In this document: positions 53,789-64,000 of the stretch, one piece after another | How positions within the stretch are numbered: the first letter of the stretch is position 1 | Layout of the letters: the number at the start of each line of letters is the position of its first letter | Assembly: GCA_963735595.1 (NCBI GenBank) | Contig: CAVTLK010000004.1 | Span: 160,001 to 224,000 of the forward strand | Origin: an uncultured delta proteobacterium | GTDB lineage: Bacteria > Desulfobacterota > Zymogenia > Zymogenales > Zymogenaceae | Direction of reading: 5' to 3' | Length of the DNA stretch: 64,000 bases | Notes under the pieces: generated by a model | What the model was told of the DNA's origin: nothing | The model's database searches: none | Seen by the model: the letters and a program-made list of their open reading frames with translations, nothing else | Program-made: the position numbers and the translations under genes

Positions 53789-54582
53789 ATGTCGTCGTCA
53801 ATCGTTCTCTGTCGAAAAGAGAGGGAGATAACTGCGTCATCACCATCAACCGGGATGAAAAGAGAAACGCCATCAACCAGGAGGTCTACAACGGCATAAG
53901 AGGACGCCGTGCTCGGGATATTCGATCGATCCCGCGGTGCGGGCGATCATCGTTCGGGGCGCCGGAAAGGGATTCTCGGCCGGCATCGATTTCAATTTCC
54001 TGGCGGGGATGGGCATCGTCGGGGGGACGCAGCCTTTTGTCCGCATGAAAATACGGGAAGGCCAGGAAATCATGAACGTCATCGAGGACGTGGAAAAACC
54101 GGTCATCTTCGCGCTGCACGGCTACTGCTTCGGGGCGGCGCTTGAATTGGTGCTCTGCCGGCGATTTCCGGGTGGCCCAGGCGGGGACGAAGATCGGCAT
54201 CCAGGAGACGGCCCTCGGCTTCATCCCGGACATGGGGGGGATCGCCCGGCTCACCGCCCTGGTGGGGCCGTCGTTTGCCAAGGAGCTGATCATGACGGCC
54301 GGGACGATCGACGCCGAGCGGGCTCTGGAGATCGGGCTGGTCAACCGGGTCGTTGACGATGCGACCGAAGGGGCGCTGGAGCTCGCCCACGAGATCGGCA
54401 AAAACGGGCCGCTGGCCGTGGGGATGGTCAAAAAGCTCGTCCGGTGCGGCCGCCACCTGGATACGCGGACGTTTCTGGAGCTCGAGTCGATCGGCCAGAC
54501 GCTTGTCTGCAATACCGACGATGCCAAGGAAGGGATAATGGCCAAGCTCCAGAAGCGGGCGGCGAAGTTCGAGGGGAAGTAG
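53789..54582 (+). CDS. Enoyl-CoA hydratase/isomerase (crotonase), frameshifted
   Basis: ITINRDEKRNAIN, FSAGID, KPVIFALHGYCFGAALEL, IQETALGFIPDMGG, ERALEIGLVN. Confidence 0.92.
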
Positions 54583-54849
54583 GGGAATACACCAGGTATT
54601 GACGGACCGTAAGATCGAATGCAGTATTCGGAACAGGCGGGAATTACTAATGATCCATCATTCCGTGCTGCAGTATGGAACCTGACACGGATGATCGCGT
54701 ACCGTATTGGACAGGGAAATGAAAGTGGTACAGTATATATTAACCATAATGTTAGTATGAATATCGGTAATAGACCCGTTATGAATATCTCAAGGGGCGA
54801 AATGGTTTCGGAACGGTAGGCAGTCCATCGATCACCAACAGGAGGCATC

Positions 54850-55487
54850 ATGGCCGACGTAAAGGGCATCTCAGAGCTGGCATTTCGTTCATGTATCGAT
54901 ACGATGGCCGATATCATCGGTGAAAACGGCAAGAACTCAATACTCCGTTATGCGGGCCTGCAAGGACTATATCACTAACCCGCCCGGTTATAATCTGGAG
55001 GCGATAGTGACCCCGAATTCGATTATCACGCGTTTTTTCAAGGCAGTGCGCGATATTATGGGGGATAACGGGATACGATACGATTATGTTTCGCGCCGGA
55101 ATCGATACGATCAGGGTCGTCGTCGACAACGTTCCCGAATTCCAGACCCTCATCGCGATGGATATTGATCCGAAAGAAAAGATTAAATTTGCCTATTTTG
55201 GTTACGTCACCGGAAGCAAAGACGATCCGGAAAAGACGCTCGAGTTCCACCTCGATCAAAACGAGATGGTCATGCATTTTCCGGAATGCAATGAATGTTG
55301 GGAGATTGTTGAAGGCGGCCGGGGCCTGTCGGAGTTCACCAAATCGTCATGCAGTTACGTCCGCGGGCTGGTACAGCAGGTGGCGGGTCTGATGCGGGAG
55401 GTTAAGTCGGTGTCCACTAAAGAGGAGACGTGCAGGATGAGAGGAGCCGACGAGTGTCGCTTCCATATCACATTCGAATTGAAGTAG
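54850..55487 (+). CDS. V4R (4-vinyl reductase) domain protein, frameshifted
   Basis: IIGENGKNSILRYAGL N-terminus; CNECW, SCSYVRG, EETCRMRGADECRFHI. Confidence 0.8.
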
Positions 55488-55512
55488 GGACGGGCGGGGT
55501 TTATTAGAGAAT

Positions 55513-55540
55513 AACGGGGCGGCATAGATGCCGCCCCGTT
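55513..55540. terminator. Hairpin between convergent genes
   Basis: AACGGGGCGGCAT-ag-ATGCCGCCCCGTT. Confidence 0.65.
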
Positions 55541-55562
55541 CTATCGTAATCGTTCCCTTTCC

Positions 55563-55721
55563 CTACTTGAACGTCGCCTAGAACATGCAGGTCGAGTCCG
55601 CATTCGGCCTCAGCTCGAAGTGCTCCACCGCCGTGTTCGGGGCGATCTTGCCGAAATATATCTCGTGCACCTTCGTGCAGCAGTGGATGCACGAGACCTT
55701 CGCGGGCCTTTCGTAGTATTC
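55563..55721 (-). pseudogene. Start-less C-terminal remnant of a Cys-containing (V4R/ATC-hydrolase-like) protein
   Basis: EYYERPAKVSCIHCCTKVHEIYFGKIAPNTAVEHFELRPNADSTCMF*ATFK* begins right after the neighbouring stop codon. Confidence 0.35.
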
Positions 55722-57254
55722 CTATCGCTCTTTTTGAACCATCTTGGCCACCTTGCGCGCCGATACCAGCTGACTGAGCATGCCCGCGCCCGACTCGCTC
55801 TGGCACCCGATAAACCAGAGGCCCCGGTAGGGCGTTTGGTGGGGCGCGCCGGGATGCCCCATTACCGGGCAGATCCCCCCGAAGGAGTGATGTGCGGGGG
55901 TGTGGACGATCTTCTTGAAATCGTCGGGGGTGATAGACCAGATGAGGTCGGCGTTTTTCCTCAGGCCCGGTATCCGCCGCTCCGCGTAGTCCAACAGCTT
56001 TTTGGTCATCTCCTCGCGGCGGTCTTCCCATCCGCCCGAAAGCCGGTTGGGGGCAACCGTGTAGACGGTCACCGAGTGTTTGCCCTTCGGGGCCATACCG
56101 GGGGATACCATCGAATTGATAAATATCAGATAGCCGTCGCCCCCCTCGTGGTAGCGCCCCTCGCGCAGCTCCTCAACGGAGTGCTCGATGTCGTAGGTGC
56201 TGTAGTAGTAAACAAGGGGGCGGTCCTGGTGGGCCGTCACGTCCTGAGCGGTGCCGACCTGGACCATGAATACCGACTCCATGAAGCGTATCGCCTCGAT
56301 CTTGGCGGTAAAATCGTCCGGGAGGCGGTCTTTGCCGAGCATGCCGAAGAAGCACTCCCGCGCCCCTCCGGAGACGAGCACGAGGTCGGCCTTTTTGACG
56401 CTGCCGTCGGTTAGCTCGACGCCGACGGCGCGCTCATTCTCGGTCAGGATACGGCGCACCGGGGTTTTGGTGACGATCGTGCCGCCGAGCTGCGTAAGCG
56501 TGTCTGCAATCGGGCCGGACAGGTTCTTCGTCCCCCCGGTGACGATCCCGTAGGAGAGCCGCGGGGCAAGCCCCAGGACCCTGGTGGACGGGATGCGGCC
56601 CTCCATGAAGCAGTCCATGTTGAAAAAGCCGAGCCCCAGGCCGATGAATTCCGAAGGCTTGACCGCAAGGTCGGCCAGAATCCCGGCGTAAAAGGCCTTG
56701 AGCTTCTCGTCTTTGAAGTAATGATTCATCAGGCGCTCGGCCGACCAGGTCTCGTATTTCTTGATGGGGAGGTACTTGGCGAGCATTGCCGCCTTCAGGA
56801 GGGCCGACGGCAAACCGTCGGTTACGGCCGACCTCCGCTCAAGCGCCACGAGATCGGTGATCGTGTCAATGAGCTTCTGGAAGCGGTCGATGGCCGCGGC
56901 CTCTTCGGGGAATATCTGCTTGAGACGGTCCGTGCGCCAGGCGGGCCCCCCGTAGGTTCGAGGCCGGAAGACTTCAAAGTCGGGAAACGAGACGCTCCGG
57001 TCCATCGGCACGAGCGGTATCCGGTCGGCGCAGCCCAGCTCCGAGACGACGATGCCGCCCGGCTCGCCGGGGAACATCCCCTCGATCCCGAGGGGGCCGA
57101 TATCCCACTGGAAACCGTCCCGGGCGATGGTCCGGGTGACACCGCCGACGGTATCCGACTGCTCATAGACGGTTACGGAGTACCCGGCCCGCGCGAGATA
57201 GGCGGCGGTGGCGAGCCCCGCCAGTCCTGACCCAACGACAATTACCTTGCTCAT
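55722..57254 (-). CDS. Phytoene desaturase-family FAD-dependent oxidoreductase
   Basis: VIVVGSGLAGL, VYEQSDTVGG, GFQWDIGP, SPGMAPKGKHS, ITPDDF, TPYRGLWFIG. Confidence 0.9.
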   Translation of the reverse strand: MSKVIVVGSGLAGLATAAYLARAGYSVTVYEQSDTVGGVTRTIARDGFQWDIGPLGIEGMFPGEPGGIVVSELGCADRIPLVPMDRSVSFPDFEVFRPRTYGGPAWRTDRLKQIFPEEAAAIDRFQKLIDTITDLVALERRSAVTDGLPSALLKAAMLAKYLPIKKYETWSAERLMNHYFKDEKLKAFYAGILADLAVKPSEFIGLGLGFFNMDCFMEGRIPSTRVLGLAPRLSYGIVTGGTKNLSGPIADTLTQLGGTIVTKTPVRRILTENERAVGVELTDGSVKKADLVLVSGGARECFFGMLGKDRLPDDFTAKIEAIRFMESVFMVQVGTAQDVTAHQDRPLVYYYSTYDIEHSVEELREGRYHEGGDGYLIFINSMVSPGMAPKGKHSVTVYTVAPNRLSGGWEDRREEMTKKLLDYAERRIPGLRKNADLIWSITPDDFKKIVHTPAHHSFGGICPVMGHPGAPHQTPYRGLWFIGCQSESGAGMLSQLVSARKVAKMVQKER

Positions 57255-57369
57255 GGCACCTCCTCGCGAATGGCACTATGTAGTAAGGATTGGGCCGGGC
57301 TACGGCGGGCCAATAGAGCATGCTTCAACCGCCCAGCCACGCCCGGCTCCGGGGTAAACGCCTCGCCCG

Positions 57370-58024
57370 CTAATCCAGCTCGTCGATCTTTGCCTTTAGG
57401 TCGCGGTACGCCTCGCAGCCGAACTGGTTACCCATCTCGCATGCCTTTTCATAATCGTCCAGCGCGTCGTCGTATTCACCCAGCCCGTAGTATGCCCAGC
57501 CCCGGTTGACGTAGGAGAACGAGAGGAAATCGTTGGGCTCCATGTCGATGGCCTTGTCCAGAGTCGTCGAGCGCGTCCTGGTAGCGCGCCCAGGCCGCAG
57601 AGGGCCCATCCCCGGTTGTTGAACGCGTAGGGTATCGTCGGGTCGAGCCTGATCGCCGTGTCGCAGTCGGGCAGCGCCTCGGCGAATCTGCCGAGACCGC
57701 AATAGGGCCCACGCCCGGTTGTTATAGGCTTCGGCCAGGTAGTAGGAGGGTTTCAGGTCGATGGCCTTGGTGGCGTCCGGGATCGCCTTGGCGAATTCGC
57801 CCGTGAGGTTGTAGACCCAGGCCCTGCTGATATAGGCGTAGGGATAGCGCGGGATCGGCTTTGATGGCCTTATTGTAGCACTCCAGCGCCTTATCGAGGT
57901 TGCCGACCGCCAGGTATTCGAGCCCCTTGGCGTTCCACTGGTCGGCGGTCTCCGCGAAAACCAGGCAGGGCACAAGCGCCGATAGAAACAACAAAAGCAG
58001 GGTTACACGTGCGATCTGTTTCAT
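57370..58024 (-). CDS. Secreted TPR protein (frameshifted)
   Basis: Signal peptide; repeated AYxNRxWAY TPR units; KACEMG..GC end. Confidence 0.82.
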
Positions 58025-58088
58025 GGCTCCCTCTCCTCATTCGATAGAAACGTTTTACCGCCGTCCGGGACGAAACGCCAGGCGGCCC

Positions 58089-59777
58089 TTACTTCTTCGG
58101 CTTCTTGGCGTCCAGCCCGAGCGTCCCGCCCGGGTTGAGGATATAGCCCGGGTCGAGGTATTCCTTGATCGCCTTGAGCATCCCGAAGGCGACGGGGCCG
58201 ACGTGGGTCTCGTACCAGGGGGCAAAGAGCTTGCCGATACCGTGGTGGTGTGAGAGGCTGCCTCCGGCCTTCACGATTGCGTCGATGATCGCATGCTGGA
58301 ACTGGGTGTAATCCTCGATCTCCTTGCCGCGTTTGGCGGGAGACAGGAATATGAAATAGAGGTTGGCCCCGGTGGGGTAGGCGTGAGAGGCATGGACCAT
58401 CAGCACCGTCCTCGGGCGCTTCTTGATGACCTTCCTGACCTCCTGCCAGACGTGCCTGATGTTGTCCCACGAGCAGGCGGTCTCGAGCGTATCGGAGATA
58501 ATGCCGATGTCCATCAGGTCTTCCCGCATGTAGGGGTCGTTGTAGCGCCGTTTCCAGTAACCCTTGACGGCGATCGCCCCGAGGGGGAATCCGCCGTGCT
58601 TCCGGGCGATCTTCCTGGACTTCCTGACGATGAGCTTGCCGTGGTCCTTGTCGCCCTCGGTGGAGCCCAGCAGCAGCACCCGTTTGCCCGGCTTATAGCC
58701 GAATAACGAGAGGAGTTTATCGGCGGCCGAGCCCTCGAGCCCCTGCAGCTTCATGGCGATGTCGGTCTCCTCGGCGTCCGACAGCCGCAGCATGGACGGG
58801 AAGCCGAATTCTCCCTGCATGATCTCCCGCATGGCGGCAAGGCCCTCGTCCCAGTCCTTAAAGAACCAGGAGAACATCTTGCGGTTCTCCGGGCCGGTAG
58901 GGCCATATCTTCATGGTGCATTCGGTCATGACCCCGTACGCGCCCTCGCTGCCCATGAGGATCTGGTCGATATCGGGGCCGATGGCGTCGGCGGGGAACT
59001 TCTTTGTCACGATGACGCCCCTCGGCGTCACGACCCGCATGCAGATGACCATGTGCTCGATCTTTCCGTAGCCGGTGGACTGGCCCCCTGCCCCACGGGT
59101 CATGACCCAGCCGCCCACGCACGAGTATTCAAAGGACTGGGGGAAGTGCCCGCAGGTAAAGCCGGACGGTATACGGCCGCTGCGGTAGCCATTGAGGATC
59201 TTTTCAAAGGCGGGGCCGAAGATGCCGGGCTGAACCGTTACGGTAAAACTCGTCTCGTCGATCTTAACGACCTTGTTCATGTGCCGCGTCAGGTCAAGCG
59301 AGATCCCGCCCTTGACCGGCTCCACGCCGAAGGTGACCGACGACCTGCCGGCAAAGGGGGTGATGGGGATGTGCCGTCTTAGCGCAGAAGTCGACGAGCT
59401 TGACCACGTCAGCCTCGTTTTTCGGGTAGACGATTATATCCGGCGGATGAGTGATTTCACCCATCCTGAGGTGTATCGCGTCCAGATAGGTGTATCCGAC
59501 GGCGTGGCGCGCCCGCTCGTAGTCCGACACGTCGATATTCTCCTTGCCGACGATGGCCGTGATCTTTTTTACGTCGGCGTCCGAAAGCCTCGGCTTTTTG
59601 GTCAGCTTTACCTCGTCGGTGCCGGTCAGCCGGAGGTTTTCGAGGTCTTTGTCGGTGATACCGAAGGCCTCCTTGATGAAACGACACGAGCCTCTCGTCG
59701 GGATGGTGGAAGCCGCGGGGGTTGCCCCATTTAAATATCGACCGATACGAGGTGGGGGAAAATTTTTCGATCCACAT
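58089..59777 (-). CDS. FAD-linked oxidase, alkylglycerone-phosphate synthase (AGPS)-like, frameshifted
   Basis: PPDIIVYP, GHFPQSFEYSCVGGWV, GSEGAYGV, DTLETAC, HASHAYPTGANLYF, SLSHHHGIGK, DPGYILNPG. Confidence 0.88.
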
Positions 59778-59859
59778 AAAAAACTCCGTCCAGCTATTCC
59801 TTCTTGTAATACGAGCGGCGCCCCGCCGCTTTCGGACGCGATATCGGAAGCCGCAATAA

Positions 59860-60669
59860 CTAAGGGATATCTCGCCGTTTTTCCAGGATAGTGTCGACTC
59901 CTTCCGCAAACCCAATTCCGCCTTCGCCCTCAGTGACATAGGCGGGGCGGCTCTTCATCCGGTCCACAAAGCCGGCGACATTTGCCACGCCGACGCTGAG
60001 CGGAAAGAACCCGAACATCGGCTCGTCGTTCGGCGAATCGCCGAAAAAGACGAACCGATCCCGATGCTCATCGAGGTCTATCCCGAGGACCTCCTGCGAG
60101 AAGATCCTCGCCATGGTGAGCTTGTCGTAGTCCCCCAGCCACGCGTTGACGTGAATCGAGCTGACCTTATAGGTGAGCCCGTGAGAGGCAAAGATGTCGC
60201 AGATCCGGTCCACGTCGGCCCGGGAAAGGGGCGAGACGTCCTCCGTGAAGTCGACGGCCACGTCGAACAGGCGATACGGCTGGTCGGAGGCGAGCGCCGT
60301 TCCGGGGACCGCAGAAAGGACATCGTCTGCCGCGGCCATGAGGCGGTCACGGGTCTCCCGGGCCCGGTCGGGGGGGAAATAGAACCGCTTCTTCAGCCGC
60401 TTCTCGGCGGCGTCGTAGTAAAAGTAAAGGGCGCCGTTTTCTCCCGACCACGCCGGTCACCGGCCACATCCGGGCGATGTGATCGCACCAGCCGGCGGGG
60501 CGCCCCGTGATGGGGACGCAGTAAAGGCGCTGCGGCCGAAAGCCGCCAGAGGGACGAAAAAGAGGCGGCCGGGATTTTGCCGGCGAGGGTAAACGTGTCG
60601 TCGATGTCAAAGAATACTCCCAGGAGGCCGTCGGCCGCAGCCTGTGGGAACTCGCGCAATCTGTTTCAT
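59860..60669 (-). CDS. HAD-IIB family hydrolase (frameshifted)
   Basis: FFDIDDT, ITGRPAGWCDHIARMWPV, SSIHVN, YDK, FGDSPNDEPMF. Confidence 0.9.
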
Positions 60670-60769
60670 GGTCATCCGTGACCGGGAGGCGCGCCGTCGG
60701 CCCGTGGTACGGCGGGGGTCGGCCTCCCGGCGGCACCCCCGATTCGATCGATGAGATCGATTAGATCGA

Positions 60770-61154
60770 TTAGATTAAGAGGACCACGACGCCGGTGAGC
60801 GCCAGGACTATCGCGACGACCAGCACCAATACCTGGGCAAGCCCGCAGAAGATCCAGGTCAAAAACGACTTTCCCCACGTGGTCTTATAGATCCACTTGA
60901 GAAGTCCGAGCGTGATGACGACGCCCAGGATCCACCCGGCGATGGTCCCGAAACCAAAGAGGGTCGAGGCGATACCGGTCAGGGCCCAGACGGTAAAGCT
61001 CGTGACAATGGCCGCCCAAAAGGCCTTGCCAAACGTGGCTCCCGGATACGCGCGCGATCTTAGTGCCGATCCATATAAAGACTGCCGAGATGACGGTGGC
61101 CGCAACAAACAGGCCGACGAAAAAAAGGACGAGGGCAAATCCAATCAGTTCCAT
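60770..61154 (-). CDS. Small 4-TM hypothetical membrane protein (frameshifted)
   Basis: MELIGFALVLFFVG.. then ATFGKAFWAA..YKTTWGKSFLTW; SD AAGGAGG. Confidence 0.7.
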
Positions 61155-61332
61155 AGCACCTCCTTGTTACCGTGCACCCGGCGACACGCCCAACGCGTCT
61201 TCGGGCGGGTTGGTATCGAAATATCGTATCCGCATAAAACGCGAGGGTCAATGCGGCATCCGTTACGTCAAGGTCTCCCTGTGCGGCAGATCCGTGTATG
61301 GTGTCGTCAAGGCCGTCGTCGGGACCGGGCGG

Positions 61333-62235
61333 TCACCGGTCGGCTCCGAGTAAGGCCCACGCCGTTTTCCCGATGTTTGCCACATCCTTCCTGGACTCCG
61401 GGAAGAGCCGCACGGTCACGATCCGCGAGGCTCGTCCCCGGGCGCCGGCGTCCGTAATCGCGGCGACGTACCCGGTTATCTCGCCCGTGGGGACGGCCAG
61501 CGGGACGACCGTGGCCTCCTCTCCGAGCCAAATCGGTCCCTCACCGTCAAGCTCCCCGGTGAAATAGACATCGCCTTCGCGGGCGATCATCAGCGCCTCT
61601 TCTCCCTTGAGGAGGTACCCCCCGTCCCAGGTCATGAGGCGCGTCAGGAAGCCGTCGGCGGGGGCCGTAATGAAGACGGAGCCGTACTCCGTCTCGGTCC
61701 TCGCGAGATCGGCCCGGGCCTCGGCAAGCTCCGCCTCGGCGCGCGCATAGTAGGCCACCGCCTTCCTGTTCTGCTTCTCGGCAAACTCCCACTCGTCCTT
61801 GAGCCGGTCCACCTCCCTGGTGGCCACGGCCCCTTTCTTGAGCAGGTACGAAAAGGTCAGGTATCTGCCGCGGGAATAGGAAACCTCCCCCGTTGTCCGG
61901 TCAAGCTCGTCTTTGGCGGCCTTTTCCTGTTTGCCGGCCTCGGCGAGGCGTTCCTTTGCCCTGGTAAGTTCTCCGGCGGAATCGTCCGCGTCCAGCCGCA
62001 CCAACAACTCACCCGCCGATATCCGGTCACCCGGGACCTTGGTGATTCGCGATACTTCGCCGGACGTCCCGGCCGAAAGCGTGACGTCTCGGCATGTATC
62101 GTGCCCTTCATAAGGACGACCGAATCGGCAAACGGGAACCCGGCATGACGAGACGGCCGCACTCAGGGCAACGATAATGATCGCCGCGGCCCGCGCTATC
62201 CGTACGTTCATTATGTGGCTGATATTGTAATCCAT
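61333..62235 (-). CDS. HlyD-family periplasmic adaptor (no adjacent transporter)
   Basis: SGEVSRITKVPGDRISAGELLVRLD, coiled-coil hairpin, ITAPADG. Confidence 0.8.
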   Translation of the reverse strand: MDYNISHIMNVRIARAAAIIIVALSAAVSSCRVPVCRFGRPYEGHDTCRDVTLSAGTSGEVSRITKVPGDRISAGELLVRLDADDSAGELTRAKERLAEAGKQEKAAKDELDRTTGEVSYSRGRYLTFSYLLKKGAVATREVDRLKDEWEFAEKQNRKAVAYYARAEAELAEARADLARTETEYGSVFITAPADGFLTRLMTWDGGYLLKGEEALMIAREGDVYFTGELDGEGPIWLGEEATVVPLAVPTGEITGYVAAITDAGARGRASRIVTVRLFPESRKDVANIGKTAWALLGADR

Positions 62236-62299
62236 CGACGTAAAAAAGTGAAGCCTTTTTCGACCAACGGCCGAAGAGGGCGCAGTCTGCGCGGCCCAG

Positions 62300-62331
62300 A
62301 AAAATAGGGGCGCGGTCTGATCCGCGCCCCT
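62300..62331 (-). terminator. Terminator after the acyl-CoA ligase
   Basis: Minus strand AGGGGCGCGG / CCGCGCCCCT stem followed by ATTTTT. Confidence 0.75.
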
Positions 62332-62364
62332 CTATGCTTCTTTACAGAAGATGAAGAGATATAT

Positions 62365-64000
62365 CTATTTCTTCATCTTGTCGAGCTCCTGCTGGCGGAG
62401 CTCTTTCCTCAGAATCTTGCCAACGGCGCTTTTGGGCAGGCTCGGGACGAACTCGACGAGCTTGGGCACTTTGTAGGCGGCCAGTTTTTCCTTGCAGAAC
62501 TTAATGATCTCCTCTTCCGAGGACGTCTGGCCTTCCTTGAGGACGACGAAGACCTTGACCGTCTCTCCCCGGTAGGGGTCGGGCACGCCGATGGCGCAGG
62601 CCTCGGCCACCTTCGGGTGTTCGTAGAGGACCTCGTCGATATCGCGCGGGTAGATGTTATAGCCGCCGGCGATGATCATGTCCTTTTTGCGGTCGACGAT
62701 ATAGAAATAGCCTTCAGCGTCCATCGTGCCGATGTCGCCGGTAAAGAGCCAGCCGTCTTTCAGGGCGGATCTTGGTCTCCTCGGGCTTCTTGTAGTAGCC
62801 CTGGGTCACCTGCGGTCCCCTGATGATAACCTCGCCCGGCTCCCCGACTTTCATCTCTTTCTTACCGGTATCCAAATCGACGATCTTGAGTTCGGTATCG
62901 GGCACCGGCAGGCCGATCGAGCCGACCTTCGTCTTCCCGCCGAAGGGATTGATGGTTGCGACCGGGGTCGTCTCGGACAGGCCGTACCCTTCGCAGATCT
63001 GGGAGCCGGTAGCTGCCTCGAACTCCTTGATCGTCTCCAACGCCAGCGGCGCCGCGCCCGAGAAACAGCCCTTGACCGACTTGAGATTGAACTTCTTGAG
63101 GTCGGGGTGCCTGAGTATTCCCACAAAAAGCGTGGGGACGAGCGGCAGGAAGGACGGCTTGTAGGCGTCGATCGCCTCCAGGAGCACCTGCGGCTCCGGG
63201 CGGGGGATCAGGATGATGTTATATCCGTTATACAGCGACAGGTTCATAACGGTGGTCATGCCGAAGGAGTGGAAGAAGGGGAGCGCTCCCATCGAGGTTT
63301 CCTTGCCCTTGAGGAATGACGGGAACCATACGGTGATCTGCTGGACGTTCTTGGAGAGGTTGCCGTGGGTGAGCATAACGCCCTTGGACACGCCCGTGGT
63401 GCCACCGGTGTACTGCAGCGTCCCGAGGTCATCGAAGGAGAGTTTCACGCTGGGCGGATTGGGCTTGTTCTTCTTGATGAGGCCGACGAAATCAAGGACA
63501 TCGGCGGTCTCCTCGATCTGCTTGAACATCCCCTTCTTTACGTGCGGGAAGAGCTGCTTCTTCGGGAAGGGGAGATAGTCATTGATGTGGCAGAAGATGA
63601 TCTTCTTGATTTTCGTCTTGGGTTTGAGGGCGATCATCCGGGGAGCCAGGAGGTCAAGCGAGACCAGGTATTCCGACTCGGAATCGTTAAGCTGATGCTC
63701 GAGCTCGCGATCGGTGTAAAGGGGATTATTGAGGACCAGCGTTGCCCCCGCGGCCATGGCGCCGTAGTAGGCGATGACCATCTGCGGAATATTGGGAAGG
63801 AGCGTGGACACCTTCGTTCCCTTTTTAACGCCCATCGCGGCCATCGCGGTGGCGAAGCGATCGACCAGATCATTCAACTCTTTGTAGCTAATCACCTTTC
63901 CCATGAAGGTGAGGGCGGGCCTGTTCGGGAACTCTTTTACCGTGCGACGAAACGCCTCGATAAGCGTGAGCTTCTCATACGTCATCGTCTTGGGGACTCC
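62365..64000 (-). CDS. Long-chain fatty acid-CoA ligase (FadD-like; frameshift near 62760; N-terminus off window)
   Basis: [53 protein letters not shown]. Confidence 0.95.

Noticed and set aside
55563..55580. In-frame TAG as pyrrolysine readthrough
   Set aside because: It lies in a start-less fragment four codons from the end, in an error-rich block, with no pyl genes in view.
58004..60669. TPR and HAD genes both apparently starting MKQIARV
   Set aside because: The HAD match depends on an indel; corrected, it continues into EFPQ and the DxD motif. Coincidence.

Overview
GC-rich bacterial chromosome segment spanning the replication origin. Gene order suggests an anaerobic deltaproteobacterium (Desulfobacterota-like); this is inference from a split F0 operon, ahbB-hemL and ispE-spoVG-tRNA-Gln-prs-rplY-pth. 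Core content: atpZ-atpI-atpB-atpE, bactofilin-dksA, ahbB-hemL, a two-part oriC flanking dnaA, dnaA-dnaN-gyrB-gyrA (no recF inside, no rpmH upstream), hsp20-dnaJ-DUF1844, an uncalled 32-aa bS22-type ribosomal protein, engB through pth, a membrane pyrophosphatase and uvrA, plus many lipid, redox and transport genes. The one clearly foreign block is a ~1.45 kb AT-rich island with an MqsR-like toxin and an antitoxin combining MqsA and Panacea (DUF4065) domains, with a palindromic operator. Many genes outside ~12-32 kb and ~39.6-52 kb are broken by single-base indels, including essential ones (atpB, atpE, hemL, pth). I read these as long-read consensus errors, not pseudogenes, so the ends of those genes are approximate. 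Strongest leads: the hybrid TA island; a recurring leaderless-mRNA layout (-10 box, 7 nt, ATG); a 23-bp inverted repeat made of two DnaA boxes; a Met/Pro-periodic tail on an FAD/Fe-S oxidoreductase; a Cys-nucleophile alpha/beta hydrolase; and an AGPS-like cluster. I saw no CRISPR array, IS element or prophage. All family calls come from motif recognition by eye; no database search was run.
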